From positions 14,155,663-14,219,662 of the forward strand of contig NC_068987.1 of the NCBI RefSeq assembly GCF_001194135.2: 64,000 nucleotides of DNA. Direction: 5' to 3'. Positions 52,256 to 63,493 of the stretch are shown one piece after another (the stretch's first letter is position 1; each line of letters opens with the position of its first letter). Source of the DNA: Octopus bimaculoides. Its lineage: Eukaryota. The notes below the pieces were generated by a model. It ran no database searches. It saw only the letters and a program-made list of their open reading frames with translations, and was not told where the DNA came from. A program made the position numbers and the translations under genes.

Positions 52256-52677
52256 TGTAGTGACACCTTATAGCAGACGACTGTTATATGTTCAATGTCC
52301 GGAGTTTTATCCACGCATGCGCAGAGACTAGTTCCAGAAGGAATACAGGAAGAGTCTCATGCGCATGCGTAGAGTTCGACACCCAGCTTTGGCGCCTTTT
52401 CTCAGTCTCTTCGTTGACCAATCTCTGTCGAGCCAAGACGTCCAACAGAGCTCTCTCACATGTCAGCACCAGAGCTTCACAAATAACCACGGAAATCATT
52501 CAGGAGGCGTCTCAGTAACCGAGGGCGACGAGCTACCGAATTCCCTCCAAGCGTGAACTGAATTCCACTGTAAATAAATATTGTTATGTTGTTCAGAATC
52601 TGCGTTCCGTTGTTTCTTCTAGAAATTTAATGTACGGAAGCGGCGTACGCCTAATGGTGTATAACCACTTCCCTACA
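52256..52677 (+). mobile_element. Probable solo LTR
   Basis: TGTAG ... CTACA termini, about 420 bp, GC-richer than its surroundings, AATAAA near 52574; TSD obscured by the N gap and (TA)n. Confidence 0.6.
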
Positions 52678-53116
52678 TATATATATATATCTGTAATATA
52701 TAGGTGTTATACATGTAACAATTAAATTATGTATTATGCACTTTATTGTCTTGCATGAAACTGGTTTGTGATAGAAAAAAGTTAGGTGATCACTGCCTCA
52801 AAGCATCTTGCAATGTCAATTATGGCTTAGAAAAATAAAAAACATTGAAGTTATAGCTTTAATCAGAAGACACTAATACGTCAATCCACTTTTATGACTT
52901 TTTCATGAATATACTTGATAAAATTTTTTGAATTCATCAGTAATATTTTATATTCATTTAATGTGGCAAGCTAGTGAGTTCAAATTCCACCGAGATCAAC
53001 TTTGCCTTTCATCCTTTTTTTTTGGAGCGGGGGGTCGATAAAATAAGTACTAGTTTTGCAACGGGGTCAATATCTCCTAATATTGCTGGCATTTAAACTT
53101 TTTGGTCTTCTTACAG

Positions 53117-53288
53117 ATTGGTGGATATTTAGTAAGTATGAAATCGAAGGAAGTGCCTGTTGGTGTACTTTACTGTAAAGATGACAAATTTACTGACACA
53201 GAAATATTAGAACATTATTGCAAATTACTTGGTTTTGAAGATCAGCATTTTGTGCATTATGATGGCAATGGCCAGATAATAAAGCAAG
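53117..53288 (+). CDS. DUF1057-like gene, exon 6 (IGGYLVSMKSKEVPVGVLYCKDDKFTDTEILEHYCKLLGFEDQHFVHYDGNGQIIKQ)
   Basis: CTTACAG acceptor, G|GTGAGT donor, phase 0 to 1; beta7 followed by the acid motif (VLYCKDD). Confidence 0.85.
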
Positions 53289-53407
53289 GTGAGTTTGTTT
53301 GACATTTTAATTGTTCAAATATCCATTTTTTTGTCTATGTATATGTCATGTTGTTCTTGAGAAGATATTGTAAACTCTGTCTCAATTAGTCTATGGGACA
53401 GATGTAA

Positions 53408-53448
<41 letters not shown>

Positions 53449-54249
53449 ACTCTGTAGTGAATACTTTTGACAAATGTTTGAAAACATTTGAGGGTAAAGC
53501 AATAATTATGCTGGCAACGGCTAGGCTCAAATGGTGTTTTTTACGTGCCACCTACACAGGAGTCTGTCCAACGGCGCTGGCAATGACCTCACTCGATGTC
53601 ATTATTATATTGACTATGGTCAATCCACCTTCTGTTTGCCTCTAAGAACAACCTTCTGTGCTCTTCCTTAGCCCTTTTTAATACATTAATATGCCTGAGA
53701 ACATTTCTCATTTTTTGACACGAAACATAGTTTCAAAGTGTTCAGGCCTCAAGTGACATGGGTTGGATGTGTTGTCACACTTCCAGTAATCTCTCTTTCA
53801 GGGTTACTGTATTCTAGACATGACAGAGAGCTAGGTATTGCTCATATGCTTTTATTCTTTTATTTGTTTCAGTCATTTGACTGCGGCCATGCTGGAGCAC
53901 TGCTTTTTAGTCGAGCAAATCGACCTGAGGACTTATTCTTTGTAAGTCTTGTACTTATTCTATCGGTCTCTCTTGCCCAACTGCTAAGTGACAGGGACGT
54001 AAACACACCAGCATCGGTTGTCAAGCGATGTTGGGGGGACAAACACACACACGACGGGCTTCTTTGAGTTTCTGTCCACCAAATCCACTCACAAGGTTTT
54101 GGTTGGCCTGAGGCTATATTAGAAGACACTTACCCAAGATATCGCACAGTGGGACTGAACCTAAAACCACGTTTAAGAGGTGAACTTCTTAACCACACAA
54201 CCATTTCTGTGCATATGTAATATAAGTAATTTTCTTTTTTAATTTTCAG

Positions 54250-54377
54250 CTGAAACTACCAAAGGATCATTGCACCATGGACTTATACTAGAACATGGAA
54301 ATCCATTTCAAGTCCTGAAGAACCCACTTTTGAATTTAGTAGAGAAACTTGTTAATCTATCAAAACAAGTCCGATAA
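54250..54377 (+). CDS. DUF1057-like gene, terminal exon (AETTKGSLHHGLILEHGNPFQVLKNPLLNLVEKLVNLSKQVR*)
   Basis: TTTTCAG acceptor, phase 1, TAA at 54375-54377; the seven exons sum to 906 nt = 302 codons. Confidence 0.8.
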
Positions 54378-54407
54378 AATATTATTTATATATATATACA
54401 TATATAT

Positions 54408-54556
54408 GGGAGAATTCACGAAAAAGCAACAGACGAAGACAGGTGGTGTAAACAACAAATGGATGTATTAAAGGAACCCAAAAAGAAACAAAGAGAGAAA
54501 AAAATATATGTGTAGTGGTCAGTGATCTATCATGGCAAATGCCAGACAGAAGGATC
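54408..54556 (-). mobile_element. Relative of the 20176 element lacking the hammerhead block
   Basis: Shares AGACGAAGACAGGTG...AAACAACAAA...GTATTA with 20190-20238, then jumps to AAGGAAC with the ribozyme segment absent. Confidence 0.6.
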
Positions 54557-55253
54557 ACACATACACACACACACACACTTCCATTAAAAGACTTGTTTGT
54601 ATCAAATAACATTTCATAGAAAATGGCCTGCTGAATATTTCTTGTTTTTGCAGCATTTAACCAAAAAGTCACTGTCGCAGTGAAATTTAAATGTTGGATA
54701 TGGCAATTTGTTGACAGGGTTCATTCCAACAAGGCTCTTCAGTATCACCAGAATTTATGTAAACCAAAATTTGCAAACAAAATACTAGCATTCCATACTG
54801 TAAGGTCTTGACTTCATACACCTTGACTTAAGAGTTATTGAATCAGATGTGGAAGCTTATCTAGGTGGTTGCTCAATCTGCTAGAAACAGCAGTTGAATT
54901 CAACTCTCATCCTACTGTCTTACAAAAGGAAAGACACAACCAACAAATATAATTCCAAATCCTTAAAAGGACAAGATAGTCACTGCTGAAACCACTGATT
55001 ATAGGTCTTTTTAACCAGAGCTGATCTGGGGGGTTAATAACAGCAATAACAAATACTGGGCATTGTACCCCCTCCTTATCCACAAAGTTCAATTTTATTG
55101 AAAAATAGGTTATCATCATCCTATTGTATGTATGGTTATTGATTAAAAGGTTGAATAAGGGAAATCTGCGTAAACAAGACATGCAAATCCCCACAAAATA
55201 AAAATGAAAATAGACATGTTCATCATGTGAATGCTAGCATTGAAAAGTAACTA

Positions 55254-55481
55254 TTAACCCTTTTGATACCAACCTGCCTGAGACTGTCCCTGAATTATAC
55301 AAACTTCCTGTCTAATGTGATCTAAATGAAAACCTTCCTTCAAAATTTCATGTTAATTTATGTTCTAAACACCAGTTTATTAATGGCAATTATTTTACTG
55401 TACTAAAATCTTCATTATTTTCTAAGTCAATTGAAATAAAGGCAGTATATTTCATCAGTCACTTGTCAACAAAAGGGTTAA
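55254..55481. mobile_element. TTAA-flanked MITE family B
   Basis: TTAA|CCCTTTTGATACC ... CAACAAAAGGG|TTAA; partial relatives at about 32100-32283 and 44965-45105. Confidence 0.8.
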
Positions 55482-56559
55482 ACTAAAATTTGAAACAATA
55501 TATAAAGGAACATAAATCTGTTCAACTCATTTTGCCAGTTTGACAAATGGTTCAACATCTATATCGCTGTTGAAGGGGTTATTGATAAAAAAAAGTACAT
55601 TCATTTATAGAACAAGCTTTCAATAAAATTCCTCTATTTTTTGAGGTGTCATTGTGATATTAAATTCCTGATGTTTTTGTTGATTTCAGATTATTCTAAG
55701 GAATAACATTCTAAGGTGATCTCCCCATTATCTACTCTAAATATTATTTAGTTTGAACTCAGCACTGTGAGCTATACAAAACACTAATTATGCTGCTTAT
55801 GGTACATATCTATCACTTTGATGTATTTTGATAGGCTTAATTAGTTTCCTGGTTTAAAACCACCATCTGTCCATCTGATGCCTTTGACAGAGCCCACTTT
55901 GTTACAAGAATTCTAACTAGACTTCAAGTCAGAGGATGTCAAGATCTTTCTCTAACCACCAATCATGGATATTCTGAAATAAAAAGCATTTGTGAAACTC
56001 TTTCTCCTCTGACACATTCTCGCTAGGAAGAAAAGAGCATATATGAAACACACATCCACATTCAAAAGACTTCTTATAAAGACCATCACTGAAACAGAAG
56101 AAAACTAACATTGAAGTGAAGGAACCAGCTACTCTTGTAAAGATAGAATATCATGTGAACTGCCTCCAACATATCACTCTTAAAGGCCATAAGCCCAGCT
56201 TTCTTTCCAACCCCAAATGCAGGTTTATCAGTCCTTCTAAGAGTGAGAAAGGCATTGTAAGTAAACTTAATCTGAATCCCATCAACACTGATATTAAAAG
56301 GGCCTCGGGGTTGATTCAGTGAGACTGCTGCACCACTGTTATTAACTGGGTCCTCAGCATTGAGAATAAAGCAAATCAACCTAATTTAATATTGTGGGTT
56401 TCTATCCTTCAATATCAAAATCCCTCCACCTGAAAGCCTTAAAACTTTATGAGATAATTAACTAGAATAAGCAACTTTGATAAGGGGATCATCTTGATCA
56501 CTTGGAAATCACTCTTGTTTCACAATGATTCCTACTGTTTGATGTATCTAGGGGGAGTC

Positions 56560-57760
56560 ATGATAGGTTGAGGGTCACTGACCTTACTGGGTTATTTATC
56601 CTGAATATCCTTAAAAAAGAATTTAGAACTCCACAGTTCAGCCCTGTATGAGGCCATATGAATATCTATGCCATAGATAAGTTAAAGGAAAATTCTTGAA
56701 AACATCTTCAAAGAATTTGACCTAACAACTATTATTACAACTAAACAAAAAATCAACTTGCTAGATGTTGCCCTAGATCTCAAGTTGGGTAAGTACTACA
56801 CTTATAGAAAGCCCAATGAGAAAACTGTATATGTCTATAGAAACTCTTACCACCTTTCAGCCGTAATTAGAAACCTAGTCACAAGCATCAATAGAAAAAT
56901 CTATGCATTAGTGGACAGAGAAATGTTCAATAAGTTCTTTATCGCCAATAATGTCATGGTTAGCTACTTATGCTTAAATAATGACTTTCATTATTGCATG
57001 TTACAACAGAAAGAAACCTGCACAGCTTACAACAGAAAGAAACCTGTAGAGCCACCTTCACACCATCTGATGGTATCAATACAGGCATAACAACTAATGA
57101 TTTCAAGAGGTTTATGTAACACATGCACTCCTTCAGGTGTAAAGACAAAGAAAACTTCACCACTTTATCTGGAGAGTAAGGATAAGGAAACGACTTTCCC
57201 CAAATCACATGGATTATCCTTGACAGAGTTCTTCCCTACTCACCTGGAGTTCATATTTGCCTTTGTGAGAAATTATATATACCACAACAATCTGCAGGAA
57301 AACTGATCTTATTGATGCATTCTGATTACAGATGTATTCAGATAACTTAAGATGATTACCCTAGTTCTAATTGGCCCATGCACAATTCCAAGGTGTACAA
57401 TCTGTTTACTCATAGTGGGATTATTTCCCTTCTGTGTACTATTACCACGCAGTTAAGATTACATCATGGAGCTATGCTTAACATGCAAACTGACAGGTAG
57501 TCTAACCCTACCAAACTGATCACCCTGCCATATGGTATGTCACTGAACGCCTAAATCATACAAACTACTTGATACCAGCAGACTATTTGCTCTGACTCTG
57601 TACATCTGAGGACATAGGCATGTATCTACACCCACAAAACTTCAAGTAATGAGCAGCTGACTTAACTTGTTATTAAATACAACTCCAACTAAATGTGTTG
57701 GGTGCAATTATATTTCATTTATTCAAATACTTGCATACATGTGAGTGTGTGTTACATTCT
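56560..57760 (+). pseudogene. Decayed Penelope-like element ORF (RT C-terminus toward GIY-YIG)
   Basis: LLDVALDLKLGKYYTYRKPNEKTVYVYRNSYH...INRKI and FPKSHGLS match PLE RT thumb/linker motifs (FLDVTLDL...YRKPN...SNHP; HFPKSH); many stops and frameshifts. Boundaries approximate. Confidence 0.75.
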
Positions 57761-58405
57761 GAACATATATTCGCAACTATTTATAAATACAATTTACTTT
57801 GTTTTAAACATACAACATTTATCTTATAAAATAATATTCAACATTATCATAATGTTCAGTATCTAGAATACAAAAGACTGAATTTCTGGGTCAAAATTAC
57901 AAATTTCTCTTTCTTTATGTACATTCAACTCAGCTATTTCCTTAGTGCTTTAGAGTTTGATCTTTTTTGTTTCCCCCCCATCATCTGTTTCTAATAAGGG
58001 TAGTCCATAACACAAGAGATGTACACTCAACAGGAGCCAATCCACTTTCACCATTGGTCCTAGATCATGGAAACATACATCAACAGCCTCACTAAATGTA
58101 ATACTGTATCTGGCTAGAACCTCGTTAATTTGGCAAATGTATATAAAAAGTTCCTCCTACATAAGGTTCTATAACTTTGGACTTTGATGGACCTAAACAG
58201 TCTTCTTATGTTCAGTCAATATTTTGATCCTTTAAATGAAATGGAATCTTCTATGATTTATATTGAGACTGCTACCTCAAGCAATGTTGCTATGAGAAAA
58301 TTGTTATGCCCAGGCATGGCTGTGTAGTTAAGTTTGCTTCCCAACTATGTTTCAATTTCACTACATGATACTTTGCATGTCTTTTACTTGAGCCATGAGT
58401 TAACC

Positions 58406-58841
58406 CAGTGGTCGCGATGAACTCCCTAGGGGTTGGTGAAGAATTACAGGGGGTCGGTGATAGCTTAGGGGTTGGCGTGCGAAAGACCAGCTCATCCAGA
58501 TAAACTGCTTGAAATACTTAGTGCCATGCTCATTCTTCACATTGATGTTGTCAATTTCAATAAAAGATATTCCAGCAATATGTGCTTTTCACATTTTCTA
58601 ACCATGAAAGCAATTTCATAAAAATTGAAACTTTAATACTGTTTACTCGTACACATAGTTTTAAATGTAAAAAGTGTGTCATCTTCAATAGAATTTCTTA
58701 ATTTGTTGTACATGTATATTTTAGCTAACATTTAAAATATGGTATGGTAGGGTAGGGTATTAAGATATTTTAAATGAGGAGGATGGTCGATGTAGAAGTG
58801 GCTAAAGGGGATCAATGGTTGAAAAAGTTTGGTAACCCTTG
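58406..58841. mobile_element. Old hAT-Charlie-type MITE
   Basis: Degenerate CAGTGGT.../...TTTGGTAACCCTTG ends; 8-bp TSD AGTTAACC / AGCTAACC (7 of 8). Confidence 0.55.
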
Positions 58842-61800
58842 AGCTAACCAAAACCATGTGAGTGGATTTGGTAAAAAAAAAAAAAAAACTGAAAAAGCCT
58901 ATGTGTATGTGTGTTAGTATCTCTTTGTCTTGACATAACATGATAATAATAAACGAGTGTCACTCTCACATAAGGGATGTCATCCATTTCCAATCTTCTG
59001 TAAAAGCATGTCCTACCATGTTGAAATATTACCTTGCTTGTAAGATGAAGGTTGGTGAAGGAGAGCATTTGACTGGAGAAAATCTACCTCAATAAATTTC
59101 GTCCAAAGCATTCAAACATGGAAGAGTGGACATTAAAATCATGATGATGATTAATAATGTTTGTGTATGGACTTCTTTAAACACATGGACCTAAAGTGAA
59201 AAGAGAACCCAGAAATACGAGCTTATTAGAGAACTACTAATCCTCACGTTAATTTTTGTTATTCTTTGGCTTGTAAATTCTTCATCCATACAATGCAAGC
59301 TAATAAAGAAATTTCTGAGTAGCTACTTGACTGTCTCAGTATATCCACCAAATCTACCAACAAAGGAGTCACTATGTAGTTTCTCAATTTAAAAGTGGAA
59401 TCTCCCACAATGTCTTAAAGATGGACACATTGCATCATGTAGTCCTAGATATACTACACTTAAAACAAATAAAGATAAGATCACAAGTTTGCTTGAAAGT
59501 AATTGACTTGGAACTAAACAACAAAAATCTCAGCAAATTACTAAAGGTGTTTAAATAGCAAATTGCACATTCAAAGTCCCAACTATCAGGATTGCAGTGC
59601 AAAGATCGAATAACAAAAATGGAGAAGACATGATAACAGCTTGAACATAAACTTAATGTTTAAGATAATATGCTGGTATATCACAGGCAATGTGGTTATG
59701 TTATAGTAAGACAACATCCTCCTCCTTTATTTTCCTAATGTTTAAGATATGCACACTAATCTCATAGATATCTTGTAACTGCAGCTTTGAACAGCATAAC
59801 TTGTAAGTTGAAGCCTATAGGGTATTGTTCTGCTGTTCAACACCTGAATTAGATTTATATGGCAACAGGTATTGCTGTTTCATGGCAGTAAATTAACAGA
59901 GTTGTTAAAGCACCAGACAAAATACATTGTGGGATTTATTCTAATACCTTGGATTCTGAGTTCATACCCTGCTAAGATCAACTTTTCCTTTCATCCTTCC
60001 AGGGTTGATAAATTAAATATTGGTCAAAGCATAGTAGAGTATTGGATGGGATGCTTTGCAGTGTTTGTTCTGAGTTCAAGTCTCTCTGGACCCTTTATAG
60101 GCAGAGCTACCTTAGCAGCATTATAGGCCCCTGGACAAGTCACTACACTGAACCCTATAGTATTTATTTATTAACATCAAACCATATCATGCAAACTGGG
60201 CCCATGCCTTAAGATGGTTCTATATATGGGTGGTAGACTCAATCCATTGTCCAGTTTTTTGGGTGTCATTGGCTCACTCCACTCTATTACAAGCAGTCAG
60301 TCCTGGTTTCTGCCATAAAGATAGTATGCTCCCTCCTTGCCACTAGTTTCAAAGGTTTTGTCTGATTGTTGTCCTACTTTTAAGTTATTGTGCACATTTG
60401 TCATTCCATTACGGAGATTATCAGATCTGTCAGACAGACCGCCTTTTCCTCCTGACTAATGTAATAATAAAAAGTGAACGACTGATGATAAAGTGTAGAG
60501 GAACATCTTTTAGATACGTTGACTTGTCATACAGCTAGCTGGATGTTGGGTACTTTTAGCAGGGTTCACTCTATTGTAAGCATTCAAATCAGATTCTTTG
60601 GTCCTCCTATCTGCCAACGTTTATCATTCATACGTTTAGGTTGAGTATCAACTGCATTAATCTCACCAGTCTGGGAATTGAGGAAGGGACAGCAAAGGTA
60701 ATGGGCACTGATTATACATTTTTTTAATATTTTGAACCGAAGTCCACGTTATTAATCAATAAATTATATTTCTGAGGAGAGAGAGAGAGAAAGGATAGTG
60801 TTCGTGATAGAATAATGTTCGACTACTAAGCCATAAACCTGTGGTATCCATTGTCACGTACGCTACATTGATATAATAGCCCAAATAATTCTTAAATGGT
60901 GCCACAGGGCCGAGCAGCACAAAACAGTGAGACGTCAGAGCATTATATTTGCCTGATTGTTGTTCTATTTTTAGGTTACGGTGCACGTTTGTACTCCGTC
61001 AGGGAGGTTATCAGATCTGCCAGACAGACTAACCTCAAAAATGCAACGCAAAGATAACGTTCTCAAGGATCCTTCAGCACAACAATGAGTTATAAGCTTC
61101 ATATACATATACACTTAAAATTCCAGAGTACTGTGGAGTGACTAACTATTCATCATAAACTTCCATGTGCCAGAAACAGCTTATTAAATTAGCGGGTATG
61201 AAAATAAACCTATTGAATTACAGGGTTCTTTATTCTATGTGTCACACAGACGGGAAAGATTTTTTCCTCTCTCTGTAACTATGTCATAAATGCTAGTTGT
61301 GAGTACGGGAGGTGAAGTGGAATTTCTCTACCGATTTTTAACTACAAATAGTTGCATAGAGAGAGAGAAAGATAATTGATTGAGGACTAGTGTACATGTA
61401 CTGCTGTACATATACACGCACATGTGTATGTACGTACACATACACAAACGTACATGATGAGACAAACAGTACCACGTGTAAACATGTATATATAAATAAA
61501 TATACGCATGTATCAAAACGGCTGTACACATGGTAGCGGCGTGATAAAAGTGCAGAAAACGGTGACTTGGAAATTATGGTACTCTTTTAATAAATTGTCT
61601 GGGAACTTACGATACATTAAGCAATGTATAAGTTAATAATTTCATTATTATATTCTTTTTCAGAATTTTGTTCGGAGCTCACTTTATTTTAAAATATTCT
61701 TTTATTAGTATGCCTTTAGGTGTTTAAAATAATTACTTTCACCGTTTCAGATAAATGAAAGAAAACACGCCCACCCTCTTTAAATAGTTTCTTCTTAGTC

Positions 61801-61939
61801 TATCTCACAGAAAGGGCGGTTCTTCTCCCATGTTAGGAAATGAAGCCATATCTTGAAAGAATAAACAGAAATAAATAAATAAAAAAAGAAATGAGAAAAT
61901 GAGATAAGAAAAAAAAAGAAGTCCGGTTTGCAGCGTTAC

Positions 61940-61962
61940 TGACCTTGACCGTTTTAGATTGG
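61940..61962. promoter_or_regulatory. ERR/NR5A-type element (TGACCTTGA) and inverted CCAAT box upstream of the GBE1 start
   Basis: TGACCTTGACC at 61940-61950 (reverse complement contains TCAAGGTCA); ATTGG at 61958-61962. Confidence 0.45.
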
Positions 61963-61993
61963 TGCCATCAGGACGTAGTTCTCTTGTGAAGCT

Positions 61994-62100
61994 ATGGCAC
62001 GAGGACAGGGTGAACAAGGCACTAAAATCGATTTCAAATTTGAACGACTCTTTGAATATGACTCTTACCTTAAGGGCTATGAAACTGAAATAAAAAGGAG
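61994..62100 (+). CDS. GBE1: 1,4-alpha-glucan (glycogen) branching enzyme, coding exon 1 (MARGQGEQGTKIDFKFERLFEYDSYLKGYETEIKR+AG)
   Basis: LFEYDSYLKGYETEIKRR resembles the GBE1 N-terminal motif LLExDPYLKPYxxDFQRR; phase-2 donor AG|GTGAGT at the position where, from recall, vertebrate GBE1 exon 1 ends. Exon 2 was not found in the window. Confidence 0.8.
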
Positions 62101-63284
62101 GTGAGTTTTCTTATTTATTTTCCTTTAGTAGATTCCGTTTTTTCTTGTTTCTATGGCCGTTTATGTGTGTATTTATTAAAAAAAAACAAAAAAAAACAAA
62201 GCTGTTGCGGAATTTAGTTTACAATTGAGACTTACATTGTTAATCTATAATCAAAAATAAATTGAGTGCAACGTAATTCTTTAGGGGTCTACAACTGCTA
62301 TAAATATGTTCAGAACGAAATAATAGATATGAACTGGTCTAAATTGGTGTATCGGTACAAGGGTATCTATCCGTTTTGAGAAATGCCCTTCATCGGAGAC
62401 TTTATTAATATTTTTCATTTTTGTTATTTGCTTTTGGTTCGCCGTATCGGTTATATCTGGTGTCCATTTGTAGCCGAAAAACCTTATTTGTTTTGGGGTT
62501 TTTTAAGGTCAAGGTTATGTACAGGGACACCAACAGTATTCTGTCTGTGCCAAATATTTTTGTTGGGATAGCTTTTCCTTCAGATTTAGGGAAAATTGGC
62601 AACTGGTATGATCTTTAACTGAATGACTAGTTGCACCATTTTATAGCATTTAATAATAACATTAAAATCAAAAGTCGTCCTTCGATGTCCTTGTTTCAGT
62701 TTTCAAATATCGATTTCTTACATTACTACAAAATCTTGCGACGTAAATAAAGTGAAATAGTCACAGGTAGGAATCGAAATCAGAGCGTGAACTCTGTTCA
62801 CTTGGAGTTGGCAGAAAATCGATCGTTCTTTTGCAGTAAAAGAAATGAGATTGTGCTACTTTTATACCTTTCCTAATAACATTAGTTTACATGAATGAAG
62901 CTAAATGGCTACAACCTTGAATCACACAAAACATCGTGAACTCTGCCGGTCGAAATTTTTATCATCTTGCTATTATACATTTTTTACTTATCGTTATTAA
63001 TTCTCCCTCTCCTACCATTTTTGCTTTGTTATCATAAGTTGAAATGTGATCAAATAGAATTTAGAAAACTTTATGATCTCTCACGGACATTCTGTAATAA
63101 TTAGATGTTTACTCTGTATTATGATAAATGTCATAGTGACCTAATGTGGGTGTGTGTGGACGAAGACATGGCTGAAAGGTTAAGAAGTATGTTTCGCAAA
63201 AATGAGGTCCTGGGTTCTGTCTCGCCGCTTGACATCTTCACTGATCGTCTTTTTTATATATATTTATTTATTTTCTCTCTCTCT

Positions 63285-63328
<44 letters not shown>

Positions 63329-63329
<1 letters not shown>

Positions 63330-63449
63330 TTTATTTAAAAGCAGCAGAAATATAACAAAAGACTGTTACTCAGAGTTTCACGTTCCCGTTCATCGGACAG
63401 TTTTGTTAGAAATGGGAAAGGAATGACTGCGCATTTTATGTACTTACTC

Positions 63450-63452
<3 letters not shown>
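63329..63452 (-). mobile_element. Short hammerhead-bearing element embedded between (TA)n tracts
   Basis: About 120 bp of non-repetitive sequence flanked on both sides by long (TA)n runs. Confidence 0.6.
63353..63408 (-). ncRNA. Type I hammerhead fold with a CCGAUGA variant core
   Basis: Minus strand reads TAACAAA-ACTGT-CCGATGA-ACG-GGAA-CGT-GAA-ACTC-T-GAGT-A-ACAGT-CT-TTTGTTA: 12-bp stem I with a 2-nt bulge, 3-bp stem II, palindromic stem III, predicted GUA cleavage between 63367 and 63366. Confidence 0.7.

Positions 63453-63493
<41 letters not shown>

Noticed and set aside
3743-52314. Long ORFs in the supplied track that span N gaps (e.g. 15167-16066, 27400-28263, 51724-52314)
   Set aside because: They are open only because N codons contain no stops; flanks are microsatellite or repeat sequence.
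63105-63338. ORF MFTLYYDK... as GBE1 exon 2
   Set aside because: No resemblance to the expected GBE1 continuation (GGxDKFSRGY...EWAP); it overlaps a SINE-like head and (TA)n.
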